Part shown: positions 22,342 through 34,095 of the stretch, one piece after another | Layout: every line of letters begins with the position of its first letter | Position numbering within the stretch: position 1 is the first letter of the stretch | DNA from: Plasmodiophora brassicae | Taxonomy: Eukaryota | Reading direction: 5' to 3' | Length of the DNA stretch: 64,000 bases | Assembly: GCA_036867785.1 (NCBI GenBank) | Contig: CP145409.1 | Span: 124,001-188,000, forward strand | Notes under the pieces: generated by a model | Told to the model about the DNA's origin: nothing | Databases searched by the model: none | What the model saw: the letters and a program-made list of their open reading frames with translations, nothing else | Made by a program: the position numbers and the translations under genes

Positions 22342-24946
22342 TCAGTGCCAGCTGGGGTACGGGGACGTCTCGAGGCAATGCAGGTAGCCGGCACCGGCGC
22401 CTGCGACATCGACGTTGTTCCGGTCCTGTCTGCGCGGAGGTCGTGCAGCAGTCGACCAGGCATCGAGAAGCAGCAGGAACGAGGCGGTGGTCGACATACG
22501 CATGCGATTGCACAGGAGGTCGTCGGCGCGGTACCCAGCAGCATTCCTCACCTGTATGATGGCGTCAAAGTCCACGGGAGACGCCCGCATCATGAACCGG
22601 GTCACAGCCACGATGTCGGCACGGGTCCCGTGGTAGCAGACGGCGTGCAGGATGGTGTTCCCCCATCGGTCCACAGACGCAGGCCAGGTCGGGATCCGAG
22701 ACATGTAGTCGATCAGCGCGTCGATAGCCAGGCGTTTCGCTCGAATGATGTCGTACGCCTGATGGACGGCCGGTAATCCATTGGCGATGCACATGTGTAA
22801 CTGGGCGCCTGCCCCTGGCAACATCTCCAGGAACCGCAGGTCGCTGAAGCGAATCGCCATGTAGTGGTGCAGGTCGATCAACACTACCTATAAATCGTCA
22901 CTTACGTTAGTCGAGAACCACTCTGTTCATGTGCAAGCTTGCCTTGTGATGCGCCTCCGAGTCGTCTTTGCTCAGAGCGACCTCCATCGCCGTCTTGCCA
23001 GCATGGTCCCGTTGCGACAGGAAATGCATAGCCGTCGCCGGATCCATTGGCTGGCTGCCCAGCACCAGCACCATCGGGATGGCGTTCGGAGTTGGGCCGA
23101 TCCGGTGGAGGACCGTTTGGCCAGCCCCATCGGGGACGAAGAGTAGATCGGGGCGTATGGCAAGGTACCACTCGGCAGCTTGATAGCAAGCGTTGGCGAC
23201 AGCGAGGTGAACAACAGTGTGACCGTCGTTATCCAGAACGTCCAACAGCTCAGGGCGGCTTAGTACAAATTGTTGAGGGGGGAGGTGGCCGTTGCAATAG
23301 AGGTCGGGGTGGTGGAGGACAGTTCGGCCACGGTCGCTGACGACCGCCGGCAGTGCCACTTTGGAGAACAAGTCTAGACGGTGGGCCCGCTCCACGCCCG
23401 CCAATGACTTCAGGCACTCGACGAGGTCGTCCAAGTTGCCACCGACGATGTCCAGGAACGTCCGAGAGCGATGATCCTGCCGAGCGATGAACCCTGACGA
23501 TGCCTCGGCGCCTGCTAGGACAAGGATGATCTCCAGGATCTCCCCGTACCCAGATGTCCAGCCAGTGCGCGCGATGACGTCTCCCAGCGCATGCAAGGAC
23601 GTACGCCCGCCGGCGTCCGCCTCCAGGACAGAGACGCCCGGAGGGATGTTCCGAAGATAGACTCTCAGCAGAAGCAGCATCGGGTGGAAGTCGGCGAATA
23701 GGGCAGGCAGCGGCAGGCGCGCCCTGTCGCAATCGCAGTCGGGTACACGACCGAGACGTGCGACGCCAAGGTATTCGATCAGAATGTTCATCGTCGGGGT
23801 CGCAGGGGAGAACATCCGCCCCAGCTGAAGGAGCAGGCCGAGAAGACGCAGCGGAAGGGTCGTCAGCGAGTCGCCCACAATCTGCATGTCGTTGAACCGG
23901 TCGCCGGCCACCACCAAGGGAAGCAGCATTTTCGAGATGCGCTCCGGGCACTGGCGAAGAATCATCTGGACGAGGCCGTCAGCACCTGGGCCGAGGTCGG
24001 TGCGAGGGTGGTATCGTCGTGCGAAGCGCAGGGCCGCTTCACAGTCGGTGTCGATCAATTCCTGGAAGTCGGCGTACTGAGTGACGGTGGCCATGGGCAC
24101 CCCGCGCTTGACGAATTCGTCCGCAACGGCGATCCGCTTCGTGGTCGGCAGGCTCCACACGTCGTTCGCATCGGGCACGAACCCGAATCGTTCGTGTAGC
24201 CGCCCGACGTCCTTCGCCGACAGCTCGGGCAGCAGCTTGTTGCAGTCGAACCCGTGCAGGATAAGGGATGTGCGGCGCGCGTCATCGGCGGCGACCCATG
24301 TCTCGACGTCTGCCTGCAGGGCTTCCTTGAACGGTGACCCAGGCGGCAGGGTCCACATAGCGTTGAGCGACAACGTGCCGCGGATCGGGTCGTCCACCGG
24401 GATGGTGTCGAGCACGGCGGCCCACAAGCATCGCATACGCCTGGCGTGCCACGCGTAGATGAATTCCGCTTGCATGAACGCGCCGACCAGAACCCGGGAC
24501 GGGACGCCGATGCGGGGTAGCAGCTGGACGACGGCCTTCGCCCTGGTGGCGGATACCGAGCGCGTTGCCACCGCGCTCAGGATCGCCCGGACCTGACTGA
24601 TCTTCGTGCACGGTTTCAGGGCACCGAACGCGGCACCCAGCAGGCGCCTGTCGTCGTCGGACATCCGACCCACCAGTCGCGTGAGGCGGCCGGCGTCACC
24701 GTCGGACGCTACGCGGTGCATGTTCCTGATCATGCATTGGTACAGCAGCGGTTTGAGGACAGATCGCCAGGCCCTGGAGACGGCGGATGCGCCCACCAGC
24801 GCGGATTCGGGCACCAGGGACGCGATGACGGACTGTACGTCAGGGGGCAGATCCGACACGAATTCGGGCGGCGTCGTTGCCCCCGCACAGACGAGCGCAA
24901 CAACGACCAGCAGGGCGCGACGCGCAGACCAACACCCCCTGCCCAT
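22342..24946 (-). CDS. Secreted F-box-like + ankyrin-repeat protein (2 exons)
   Basis: Signal peptide MGRGCWSARRALLVVVALVCAGA, then FVSDLPPDVQSVIASLVPESALVGASAVSRAWRSV (F-box pattern). C-terminal ankyrin-like units GRTSLHAL, GHTVVHLAV, GQTVLH, GKTAMEVA and GNTILHAV. Confidence 0.75.
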
Positions 24947-25689
24947 AAGGTCGGGACCTCCGACGTGCCGGGCCTCACGAATGCTATTTATTTTCCCGGC
25001 CGAGTTCACGCGCTATTCGTGGGCAGGCCAGGGGTCCTCGGCGCCGTTGGACTCGGGAGGCAATCTTATAAATAGTCGGGGGCCCAAGGCGCCATCCACC
25101 CGTGGTCGCCCGCGGCCGCCCGCTGGTCTATGGAACGAGGACCATTGCTCACATTCTTACCCGCCACTGTCAGGGACACACAGCGCACCCGTGCACACAC
25201 AGCGTCGCAGGCCGAACGCGTCTGCGACCCTTGCTATGAACAAGACGTAGTACTCTACGGGGCACGATGGCTGCGATGAGCAACGCGTACACAGCATGAT
25301 GGCAGATAGGGTCGGGGGGATGCCGTGTGCGTGACAGGGAGGCTGGTGAGCCAGCAACATTGTTCTTTAACAGGTTCCAGCGCGAGTCTGAGACGGTTGT
25401 GGCCACCACCGCTGCACGCACCGGCGCAGAGAGTAGCCGGGTCGGGTATGCCCGCGTCAAACCTGTCAGCGGCCTACATACATAGCGCGACAACGGGCCC
25501 AGCCAGGGGCGGCGGCGGCTAAATCGGCGGCCCACACCCACACACATTCTGAGTGTACATATCGTGCGACGACAGGTCGGCGGCCCCGCGGCGTCGGCGG
25601 CGGGGGTCGGGTGGGAGGCCGCGCCCGGCGCGTTGCCCGCCACCGCCTGCTAAGAATAGGCGCTGGGCGCAGTTGCTCGGCATGTGGAG

Positions 25690-26985
25690 ATGACGGCCAG
25701 ACAGCTGACAGGCGGCGGCCACCAGCAGCAGCAGGCGCAGGGGGGTCCGTCGTCGCCCGCAGATCCGCGCCGCACCGCCATGAGGACGGGCGACGACCGG
25801 CGGCGTCCGTCACAGGCGTCCGAGGCCGAACGGGAGGCGGCCATGCGGTCGCGGCCCGTCTCGACGGTGACGCCCGGCGGCACGCGGTCGTTCATGGTCC
25901 TCGGCAACCGGTTCAACGTCCGCGACCGGTACAAGCTGATCCGCGTGCTCGGGTTCGGCGCGTTCGGCGTCGTCTGCGCCGCCGACGACACGTGGACCCG
26001 GACGCAGGTGGCCATCAAGAAGATCTCGAACGCGTTCTCCAACCTGATCCACACGAAGCGCATCCTGCGCGAGGTCCGCCTGATGCGGTACTTCTGCCAC
26101 GACAACATCATCAAGATCCTGGACCTGATGCGCCCGACGGGCGACGTCGCCGACGCCGACGACATCTACATCGTCACCGAGCTGATGGAGACCGACCTGC
26201 ATCAGATCATCGTGTCGCCGCAGAAGCTGACGATCGAGCACGTCCAGTACTTCCTGTACCAGATCCTGCGCGGCCTGCGATGCATCCATTCGGCCGGCGT
26301 CCTGCACCGGGACCTGAAGCCGTCCAACCTGCTGCTGAACTCGAACTGCGACCTGAAGATCGCCGATTTCGGCCTGGCGCGCATGGCCAGCGCCGAAGAC
26401 GACACGAACGCGTTCATGACGGAGTACGTCGCCACGCGCTGGTACCGGGCGCCCGAGATCATGCTGTCGTGGAAGGAGTACAGCAAGGCGATCGACATGT
26501 GGAGCGTCGGGTGCATCTTTGCAGAGCTGCTCGGTCGCCGGCCGCTGTTCCAGGGCCGCGATTACATGCACCAGCTGCACCTGATCACCGACGTGCTCGG
26601 GACGCCGTCGTTCGCCGACACGGAGTACATTGCCAGCCCGAAAGCGAAGGAGTACATCCGGTCGCTGCCGATCAAGCCGCGTATCCCGTTGCAGTCGTTG
26701 TACCCGGGCGCGCCCGCCGACGCCCTCGACCTGCTGCAGAAGATGCTCATGTTCTCGCCCGAGAAGCGCATCAGCGTCGACGAGGCGCTGACGCACCCGT
26801 TCCTGGCGTCGCTGCACGACCCGACCGACGAGCCGACTGCGTCGGGCGCGTTCGACTTCAGCTTCGAATCCGTCGACCTCGACGTGGACACCCTGCGCGA
26901 CCTTCTCTGGAACGAGGCCGAGCAGTACGAGAAGAGCGACCCGGCCGGGCACGTAGACGCATCGATAACGCCAATGTCATATTAA
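25690..26985 (+). CDS. Mitogen-activated protein kinase (TEY type), intronless
   Basis: GFGAFGVV, VAIKK, HRDLKPSN, DFGLAR, MTEYVATRWYRAPE and a CD-like LHDPTDEP. Confidence 0.97.
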   Translation: MTARQLTGGGHQQQQAQGGPSSPADPRRTAMRTGDDRRRPSQASEAEREAAMRSRPVSTVTPGGTRSFMVLGNRFNVRDRYKLIRVLGFGAFGVVCAADDTWTRTQVAIKKISNAFSNLIHTKRILREVRLMRYFCHDNIIKILDLMRPTGDVADADDIYIVTELMETDLHQIIVSPQKLTIEHVQYFLYQILRGLRCIHSAGVLHRDLKPSNLLLNSNCDLKIADFGLARMASAEDDTNAFMTEYVATRWYRAPEIMLSWKEYSKAIDMWSVGCIFAELLGRRPLFQGRDYMHQLHLITDVLGTPSFADTEYIASPKAKEYIRSLPIKPRIPLQSLYPGAPADALDLLQKMLMFSPEKRISVDEALTHPFLASLHDPTDEPTASGAFDFSFESVDLDVDTLRDLLWNEAEQYEKSDPAGHVDASITPMSY

Positions 26986-27002
26986 ATGTATTCCCAGTGA
27001 GG

Positions 27003-28111
27003 TTAGCAGCTGTACTCGGGGTACGACGACAGGATGTCGGTCAGGCGCGCGTGCAATCGGTCCATCTCGCCGTACTCGCGGCCCAGCGCCGAATCGTAGT
27101 CGACGACGGTGGGGGCGAACAGCGGCGCCGACGGCATCGTTGGGATCGGGTCGCGCCCGCCGGCAACGTCGTCCCGGGCGGCGCTGAGCACCTGTTCCCG
27201 CCAGCGATGCGATCGTTCCCGTTCCCGTCGGAGTTCGCTCTCCAGCTCAGCGATGACAGATGCGGGAGCGGGCTGGCCGCCGTCACCGTCTGTCTGCGTC
27301 CATTCCGTCATCATCAGGACGGGTGGAACGGGCACCGCCCCAGGCGGTCCCCATTGCGCAGGGTGGTCCGCTTGACCAGGAACCTCATCCGTCTGAGTGA
27401 CCGCGTCAGACGACATCTGCGGCAGGTAGGCCTCCAGGTTCGAGGGTGGGCGCCTCTCCAATACGTCTTCCTGAAGGGGATGCTGCGCGCCCAGGGCACA
27501 GGGTGCATCGGAAGCGACGACGTCGCTGGCGGCCTCGAACGCATCCCAGCGTTCGTCGGCATCGTCGTCGTCGTCGGGATCAGCAATCTGGCGGATTGAT
27601 CTGACCACGTCCTGGAGGGATGCATCGCTCGCCGGGATGCGATGTTGCCGGCGTAACGCAGCGAGAGACCGCTGCGCCTTCTGGGCGCATGCCCTCACCT
27701 CCCGCTGCTGTTCGACATAGGCGCCACAACTAAGGCCGAATCGGCATCAGCACGCCTCTCTTCGGGCACCGACCTATTTACCTGCGTCTGATATCCGCTA
27801 CGAGAGTCTGCAGGCGGCCCACCTCCAATTCGCAGTCTCTGATTGGGGTTCGTGTCACAACCGGGTATCGCAGAGATGACAACCGAGCCAGTAGGAGACC
27901 TAATCCGGTGGCGTTCTTCAGCGAGCCGTTTCTTTGCTGACGATGCCTCTGCCCGCGCAGCATCGTACTCCTGCCTCAGCGCGTCGTGCTCGTACTGAAG
28001 GTCGGCCAGCGAAGTACGCAGGGCGCCGGCAGCACGAACACCGGCACGGGCCATTTCGGCGCTCCAGCTGCGATGTGACGGACGCTTGGATGGCTTGGCG
28101 CCCTGCACCAT
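27003..28111 (-). CDS. Hypothetical coiled-coil protein (multi-exon)
   Basis: Heptad-rich ORFs (LADLQYEHDALRQEYDAAR; IAELESELRRERER) linked by short introns. Start codon uncertain. Confidence 0.55.
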
Positions 28112-28197
28112 ACAGGTGCGCCCCCCTCGCTAATTGCTACACAGCAGCAGATCGCTTCACAGACGAAGCGCTCGGCGCAGCCTCATGCCCCTGTGTT

Positions 28198-31100
28198 TCA
28201 TTGACAAATCGTCCGGTAGAACTTGCTGAACGGTTCCGCGTAGCTCGCAACGACGCCCGTCGATTCAAGCTTGATGTAGAACGAGTGCAGCGCCTGCGCC
28301 TGCTCTCGGAGATCGCGTAGGACCTGGGGGGCAGCACTCGACAGTTAGCCACACCGGCGACGTCACATACTCGGCAGACAAACCGCTGCTTGCGATTGGA
28401 ACCGCGATGGGTCCTGCTCTGCGCTCCTGACCATCTGGTACTTGTTGAACAGGATCTTCATGATAATCGTGGCAACTTCTGGGAACGAACGCGCCAGAAC
28501 ACCGCCCGTTACCGAGTTCAGGTAGCCGAACCTCGTCATGGCGGGCTGAATGTCAGTGGGCGCTAGTGGAACGAAAGTGACCCCGGATTCCGACGAGAAG
28601 CAGACGAGCTGCGGCGTTTGTCAGTAAAACGCGGGCGTGTTTGCACGGGCACATTTACATTCAATGCTTCGTCGAACCGGATGCCATGGTTGGCATTGAA
28701 GAACGCGGCCAGCTGGTACAAAGCTTCCAGACCATCGCGGACCCTAACGAAAGCGCTGAGGTCGCATACAAATTGGAACAGGAGAGCAATATCGACCTCG
28801 ACGATAGCTCAGGTCTGCCAAGGACGGGCTGTGCTCGTGACATCGCCAGCTGCCGAATGGGCGACGATATGGCAGACAAATGACGGTCCAGTAGTCGGAT
28901 CAGGGTCTGAGCGTATCGTTCCTGAGGCTAGACAAAAACTGCCCTTCAGTTCCCTGAGGACGTGTGGAAGCGGATGCGCGCTAACCTGAGGTTCTGCAAT
29001 GGCATAGAGTTCGTTTGCAACCAGGAACGCTTCGTCACGACAAGCGCGATCGGCGGCGACAAGACACAGACGATCGATGCGGTCGGAAGGGACATATTCT
29101 CGTGCGATGCCTGCCTCCTGCAGCGAGCAGTTACTCACGGAGATGAACAACATACAGATAGGGCGCCAAACCTTGTTGACAAGAGTGCTAATGGTTTCGA
29201 TTTGCTCAAGAGGCGGCAAGTGCCCAACCAGTAGTTCAACGAAAAGAGCGTCAAAGCTCTCGGGGTGGGTCTCCGCAATCAGGGCGAGGTACCGGACGGC
29301 AGATGCCGGTGGCACCGGTGCTGATGGGTCCAGCAAGTACTCGCGAAGAACAGCTTCGATGTCGACTTCATCAAGTTCGCTTCTTGCCTCTACAGTGCCA
29401 ATGATTTCCGCGCTCTCAGAACGGCACAATACATGGAGAAACCATACCTGCAACGGTTCGCGGCAGCAACAGTCCCAGCTGATCCACCGACACAGCAAAA
29501 TGTACCGCATCAACACGATACACAGAGGACGACAGCAGGTACTGGACAGCCGTCGCAAACTGAAGGCTTAACAACAGCACCTATGCCTCACAGTCAGCAG
29601 GGGCCCTAACTTCTCGCAAAGAGCACACCACACCAAGAAATAGAGAACGGGATCCGTCTGGTTCCGAGAGAAATGCTGCTCGTATCCACGAATGGTCGCT
29701 TGGAAGTGCTTCAAATTCTCCAGTACATCATTGTGATCAAGCAGCGACAGCTAAGCAACAGGTAAGATACGGCACCATTGCAGAAGGGGTTTGTCGGTTT
29801 AGACGTACCGTGAACCACAAATAGTCAGTGTGTGTCGGGGCGATATATCGGCGAAACTGCACAGAGAACAGGTCAACAGATTATAACGCCATGCAAATGC
29901 CGATGGCGAAACGGACCAATGCACGATATTCTTGGTTCTGTCGGTACTTCATCGTGTCGTACGATTCAAAGGCACCGCGCGCAACAACGTTGTACACGGT
30001 GACGGCGAACGGATCCGCTTCGTCTCGAACGAACGAGTTGTAGTCGATGGACAGGGCGCTGACCTGGTCTTGTGTCAGGCGTTCGCTGGCCATGCACGAT
30101 GCGAGCAGGGCAAGCTGCGCGTTTTCGGGATGCATTCGGCTAGCCTACAGGGACCGTTGCTGAGCAGATGAACCATAAGCACGAAGACAGCGGACGAACC
30201 TGTGAAACAATTTCGACGGCTTCGTTGCGAGCCCCGCATCGCAGGCAGTAGAACAGCTGCACCCACAGGGGAACATTGTCGATCATGACATCCTGTTTCA
30301 CTACGGCAGACACAAAGTCAGACCATGACCGGCCCTGTAACAGCATATCACGATCCGTTACTGAAGCTAGGGTAGCGCTGCCGGAAGACGATCTCGCGAA
30401 TGAACGCACGAAGGTGGTTGGCGATGCCGGGTGTGCCCCCGATACGCGCTTTGCCAAGGTGTTCGCTAACCCAGTCCCTGAACTGGACTTCCAGGAACCG
30501 AATCGACGCGTGAAGGAGCACAGGGTACGGAGCGGGGACGCTGCGGTGCTGGCTCGTCGCATACGCGAACCTGCAATGGGGAGTTGGCCAACAGCAGACA
30601 TCCAGTCGCACGTGTGCGCAGCTCACTCTTCAACCAGCTTCCACACCTCGGGAACGGACGTGTCCTTGCTGGCAGTGTGTTCCGAAACGCGAGCCGCGGC
30701 CCTGGCGAACATCTCGGCGACGTGGCCTCGTTTGTTGAGAACGTCCACGACGGCTTCGCTGTAGACAGCCTGCTTCGTGACGGACGGCGCCAGCGCATGC
30801 GCCTGGTATGCAGAGCCGCGTGCCTCTGCCCCATGCACGCATATTAGCAGTCGTGCGCCACATGAGGAGCACCGTTTGGCGAACCTTCGGGGAGTGGCGC
30901 AGCAACAGCCTTTCGTGTCGGGCTCGAATCTGCAAAGTTCATCGCCAGGTTGCGCAGCAACAGGTTCTTCTGCTTCTGCCAGTCCTGCCACATGCGCGCG
31001 TTGTAATTGTCGCGAAACTCTTGCATGATCTTGGGAACACTCCCTCAGTTGTCGTTCGCACGCGCACGGCACCCGCGATGGCCGCATACCTTGTTGTTGT

Positions 31101-31455
31101 TCTCCTCGATGAGCGCATTGACCAGCAAGGAGTGCTGGTAGTCCAGGTACCGATCCAGGTTCTGATCCGCCGTCGGCTCAAAGTCCTCGTACGCACTGCT
31201 CAGATCGATCTTGTCCAGCGCGCGCTTCTCCTTGCTCAGGTCGAACCGGTCCAGCCCGGACACGGCCAGGGCCTGCCCCGATTCCGCAAACGACCGCTTC
31301 GTCTGCCGCCCGGCAAACCTCGACGATTCCGCCTGCAATTGCGGCAGGCTCCGCACCAGCTGGCAGCCCGCCCGCTGCTGCAGATCGGCGGGCAGGTCGG
31401 CGAGAAGCGCCTCGCTCTCCAGGACCAGCTTCTGGTAGTCCATGGCGGCTGCCAT
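28198..31455 (-). CDS. NUP93: Nucleoporin Nup93/Nic96 (many exons)
   Basis: LVRSLPQLQAES, FEPTADQNLDRYL, DWQKQK, VPLWVQLFYCLRCG and DPFAVTVYNVV motifs. Last exon ends YRTICQ* at 28198. Confidence 0.88.
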
Positions 31456-31561
31456 CGCGAGTCGACCTATCTACGGAGTGCCGCCGTCCGCGGTGTAGTT
31501 CGGGTCGCCGACCCCGGGGCCACAACAACCGCCCACACGCCCACGGCGCAACGCCCCGGCG

Positions 31562-32146
31562 ATGGCCACGACCGCCGTGCAGCGATACGGGACGATTACG
31601 GCCGAGCAGGCGTACAGCTCGATGGCGTTCCTGAAGACGCGGTACCACGGCAACGTCGGCATGCTGGTGATCCCGCCGCAGGACCGGTTCAAGAGGCGGC
31701 ACTACCTGGACCTGTGGAAGGCGTGCGAGCAGGCCCCGCCCCTCAGGCGCAGCTACCCGTGCAAGATCGTGGAAGGCGGGTTCGCCTGGGATGCCGACGA
31801 CGCCAGCGTCGCGCTGTGCAGGCGTTTATTCCTGGAGCAGAGGACGAAACGGCGCGGCGTGCGTTCCCGGCCTGAGCAACGGATCCAGTTCAAGGGCGCG
31901 AACGGCCCCTATTTCCCAGATCGCTGGGAGCAGTGCTGGGACACCTGGCAAGGCCACTTCGACGACGAGCTGTGGGTGCGGTACGCGCCCCGGGACAGCA
32001 TCCTCGTCGCCGGCAAGTACGGCGTCTCTGGCGAACGCATGCTCGCCTTCGGCCACGTCCTGCACGCGTGCGGGTGGTCCATCGAATTGCCGTCGCGGGT
32101 GGACACGCCCGCCACGTACATCGTCGGGCCGTTCCCCGACCCCTGA
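31562..32146 (+). CDS. Uncharacterised protein, tandem paralog A (intronless)
   Basis: 194-aa ORF with strong GC3 codon bias; shares ordered motifs with the next ORF; AATAAA follows the stop. Confidence 0.8.
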   Translation: MATTAVQRYGTITAEQAYSSMAFLKTRYHGNVGMLVIPPQDRFKRRHYLDLWKACEQAPPLRRSYPCKIVEGGFAWDADDASVALCRRLFLEQRTKRRGVRSRPEQRIQFKGANGPYFPDRWEQCWDTWQGHFDDELWVRYAPRDSILVAGKYGVSGERMLAFGHVLHACGWSIELPSRVDTPATYIVGPFPDP

Positions 32147-32194
32147 ACGTCAATAAATACCAATCGCCAGCGGCGGCGGTGCGGTCTGCGCGGG

Positions 32195-32839
32195 ATGGCG
32201 ACGTCCGGCTGGCAGCCATGGATGTCGAACAGCGTCGAGTTCATGCGGTTGCCGTTCTACGCGAACAGGCTCCAGTACTTCCGATGCGCACGCCTCAAGG
32301 AGAAGGAGCCGTTCCGCCCGTCGAAGCGCTACCACATGGACGCGTTCGTGACGGTGAAGCCGCCCGGCGGCAGGCGCATGAAGCGTCGCGACTTCATCGA
32401 CATCTGGCAGAGGTGCGAATCGGTGCCGGCCCTGGCCGGCAGCCGCCCGTTCGTCGGGCACCAGGGCGGGTTCGCGTGGGAGCGCGACTTCGCCAGCATG
32501 GAGTACCTGGAGCACCAGCGCGTCGACGATGTCCACGACCAGCAGCTCCAGTTCTGTTTCGTGCAGTCGCCGTGGTTCAAGGACACCTGGGCAGCGTGCC
32601 GGGACGCCTGGCACGACAGCATGGACGCTGCCGTCCCGTACATGCAGCCGGTGTTCACCCAGCTGCTCATCAAGGCGAAATGGGGCATCGCTGGCGAACG
32701 CATCATGGCGTTCCGGACCGTGCTTCGCGCCCTGCGATGGAGCATCGTCGACTGCTACGTCGTCCCCGACGGGAGCTACGAGCTTCGCGATATCGACGAG
32801 GCCATCTACGATCCGAACCCGCCCGACTTTAAAGGGTAG
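32195..32839 (+). CDS. Uncharacterised protein, tandem paralog B (intronless)
   Basis: 214-aa ORF; shares RYH, KRRxxxDxW, GGFAW and KxGxxGERxxAFxxVLxAxxWSI with paralog A. Confidence 0.8.
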   Translation: MATSGWQPWMSNSVEFMRLPFYANRLQYFRCARLKEKEPFRPSKRYHMDAFVTVKPPGGRRMKRRDFIDIWQRCESVPALAGSRPFVGHQGGFAWERDFASMEYLEHQRVDDVHDQQLQFCFVQSPWFKDTWAACRDAWHDSMDAAVPYMQPVFTQLLIKAKWGIAGERIMAFRTVLRALRWSIVDCYVVPDGSYELRDIDEAIYDPNPPDFKG

Positions 32840-32854
32840 CCCATGAAGTGCTCT

Positions 32855-33836
32855 TCAGAACACGTTGAAGCATCGCGTGGTCTCCGACGCGGTGATTGAG
32901 CACGTGGAGTGGTTGCTGGATGCAACGGCCAGATAGTCGGTTGTGACGGTTGGCTGCGAGACGACGCGTGACCCCCAGCATTGCAGTGTCTTGTCGATGC
33001 CGATGGCGCACGAGAACCCGTTGCCGCAGGACAGGTGGGCGGCACCGGACGAGGGCCCGATATCGGCAAGGCCGCCCCAGCAGGTGACGCTCCCGTCCTG
33101 CCGAATGCCACACCCATGCGTTGGGCCTATGCAAACCTCGGCGAACAGCGCGCTGGTCGGCGTCACGCCGTTGCCCGTCGAGCTAACGCCAAAGAACACC
33201 ATGGTGCCGTCTTGCGCCAGCGCCAGGAACGCATCCGTGCTGGAGGCGCGAACCTGAACGTAGACTTGTGGCGCGATCAGAAGCATGGGTTGCGATGGGG
33301 CCACGACTGATGACTGTGTGGCGGCGCTGCCCCAGCAGGACAGGGACCCGTTCGTTGCGATTGCGCACGAAGTGGTGTCCCCTGCGGCAACATCGACGAA
33401 GGACCCGACCGGTGGGCTCGACTGCCCCAGTCGGTTGTCGCCAAAGCAGGACAGCGTCTGGTTGGCATGTAGGACACAAGTGTGTCGGGAGCCGCAGGCG
33501 ACACGCAGGGCAGGGGAAGACGACACCACGGGAGTCGCCTGCCCGAACGAGTTATCGCCCCAGCAGGTTAACGTGCCGTTCAGCGTCTGCCGACACGAGT
33601 GCGCTCGCCCTGAACAGATACGCTGCCCGCGCCTGAAGGCAACGATAAGTGCTCCCATCGTTTGCTCGTGATCGGGATACGGACGGGGAACAGCCAATGT
33701 CTGGCCGACAGTACTGATGCCAGGCGCAGGCGCAGGGTGTGCACCCTGGGCCGTATGTCATGGACGGGCACGACGCATGGCTGCGGTCGACTACGCCAAC
33801 GACGGCCACGACAATGACGAGCGATGCCCATGCCAT
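32855..33836 (-). CDS. Secreted RCC1/BLIP-II-like seven-repeat beta-propeller protein (2 exons)
   Basis: Signal peptide MAWASLVIVVAVVGVVDRSHA, a Cys-rich mini-domain, then seven repeats of type xGxxHxCxxxxxGxLxCWG. Confidence 0.8.
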
Positions 33837-33990
33837 GACCACGAAGAACTTCAGTCGGCTGTCATGTGAGTCTCCAAGCAGGTCTGTGACGGGGACGCTC
33901 TCCCGCGTTGTTCCTGTCATCTGTTGTTCCCAGTTGGGGAGACGGCCTCTCCATTGCCGTCCATGCGACAGTGCACCATTCGGGCCCAAT

Positions 33991-34095
33991 GTTCCGCTTC
34001 TTGAGCATGATGCGATCAGTCGCGTCAACAGGGTTCACTGCGAACACACATTCGCCAGAAGTATATTCACGGGATCCCGAGAATCCAGTCTCGAC
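33991..34095. repeat. Direct repeat copy 1 (~105 bp)
   Basis: Matches 36147-36252, with a 34-nt identical core caacagggttcactgcgaacacacattcgccaga (34026-34059). Confidence 0.9.

Noticed and set aside
25611-27599. 662-aa plus-strand ORF and 380-aa minus-strand ORF overlapping the MAPK
   Set aside because: Alternate-frame and antisense shadows of a GC3-rich gene; Arg/Pro-rich with no motifs.
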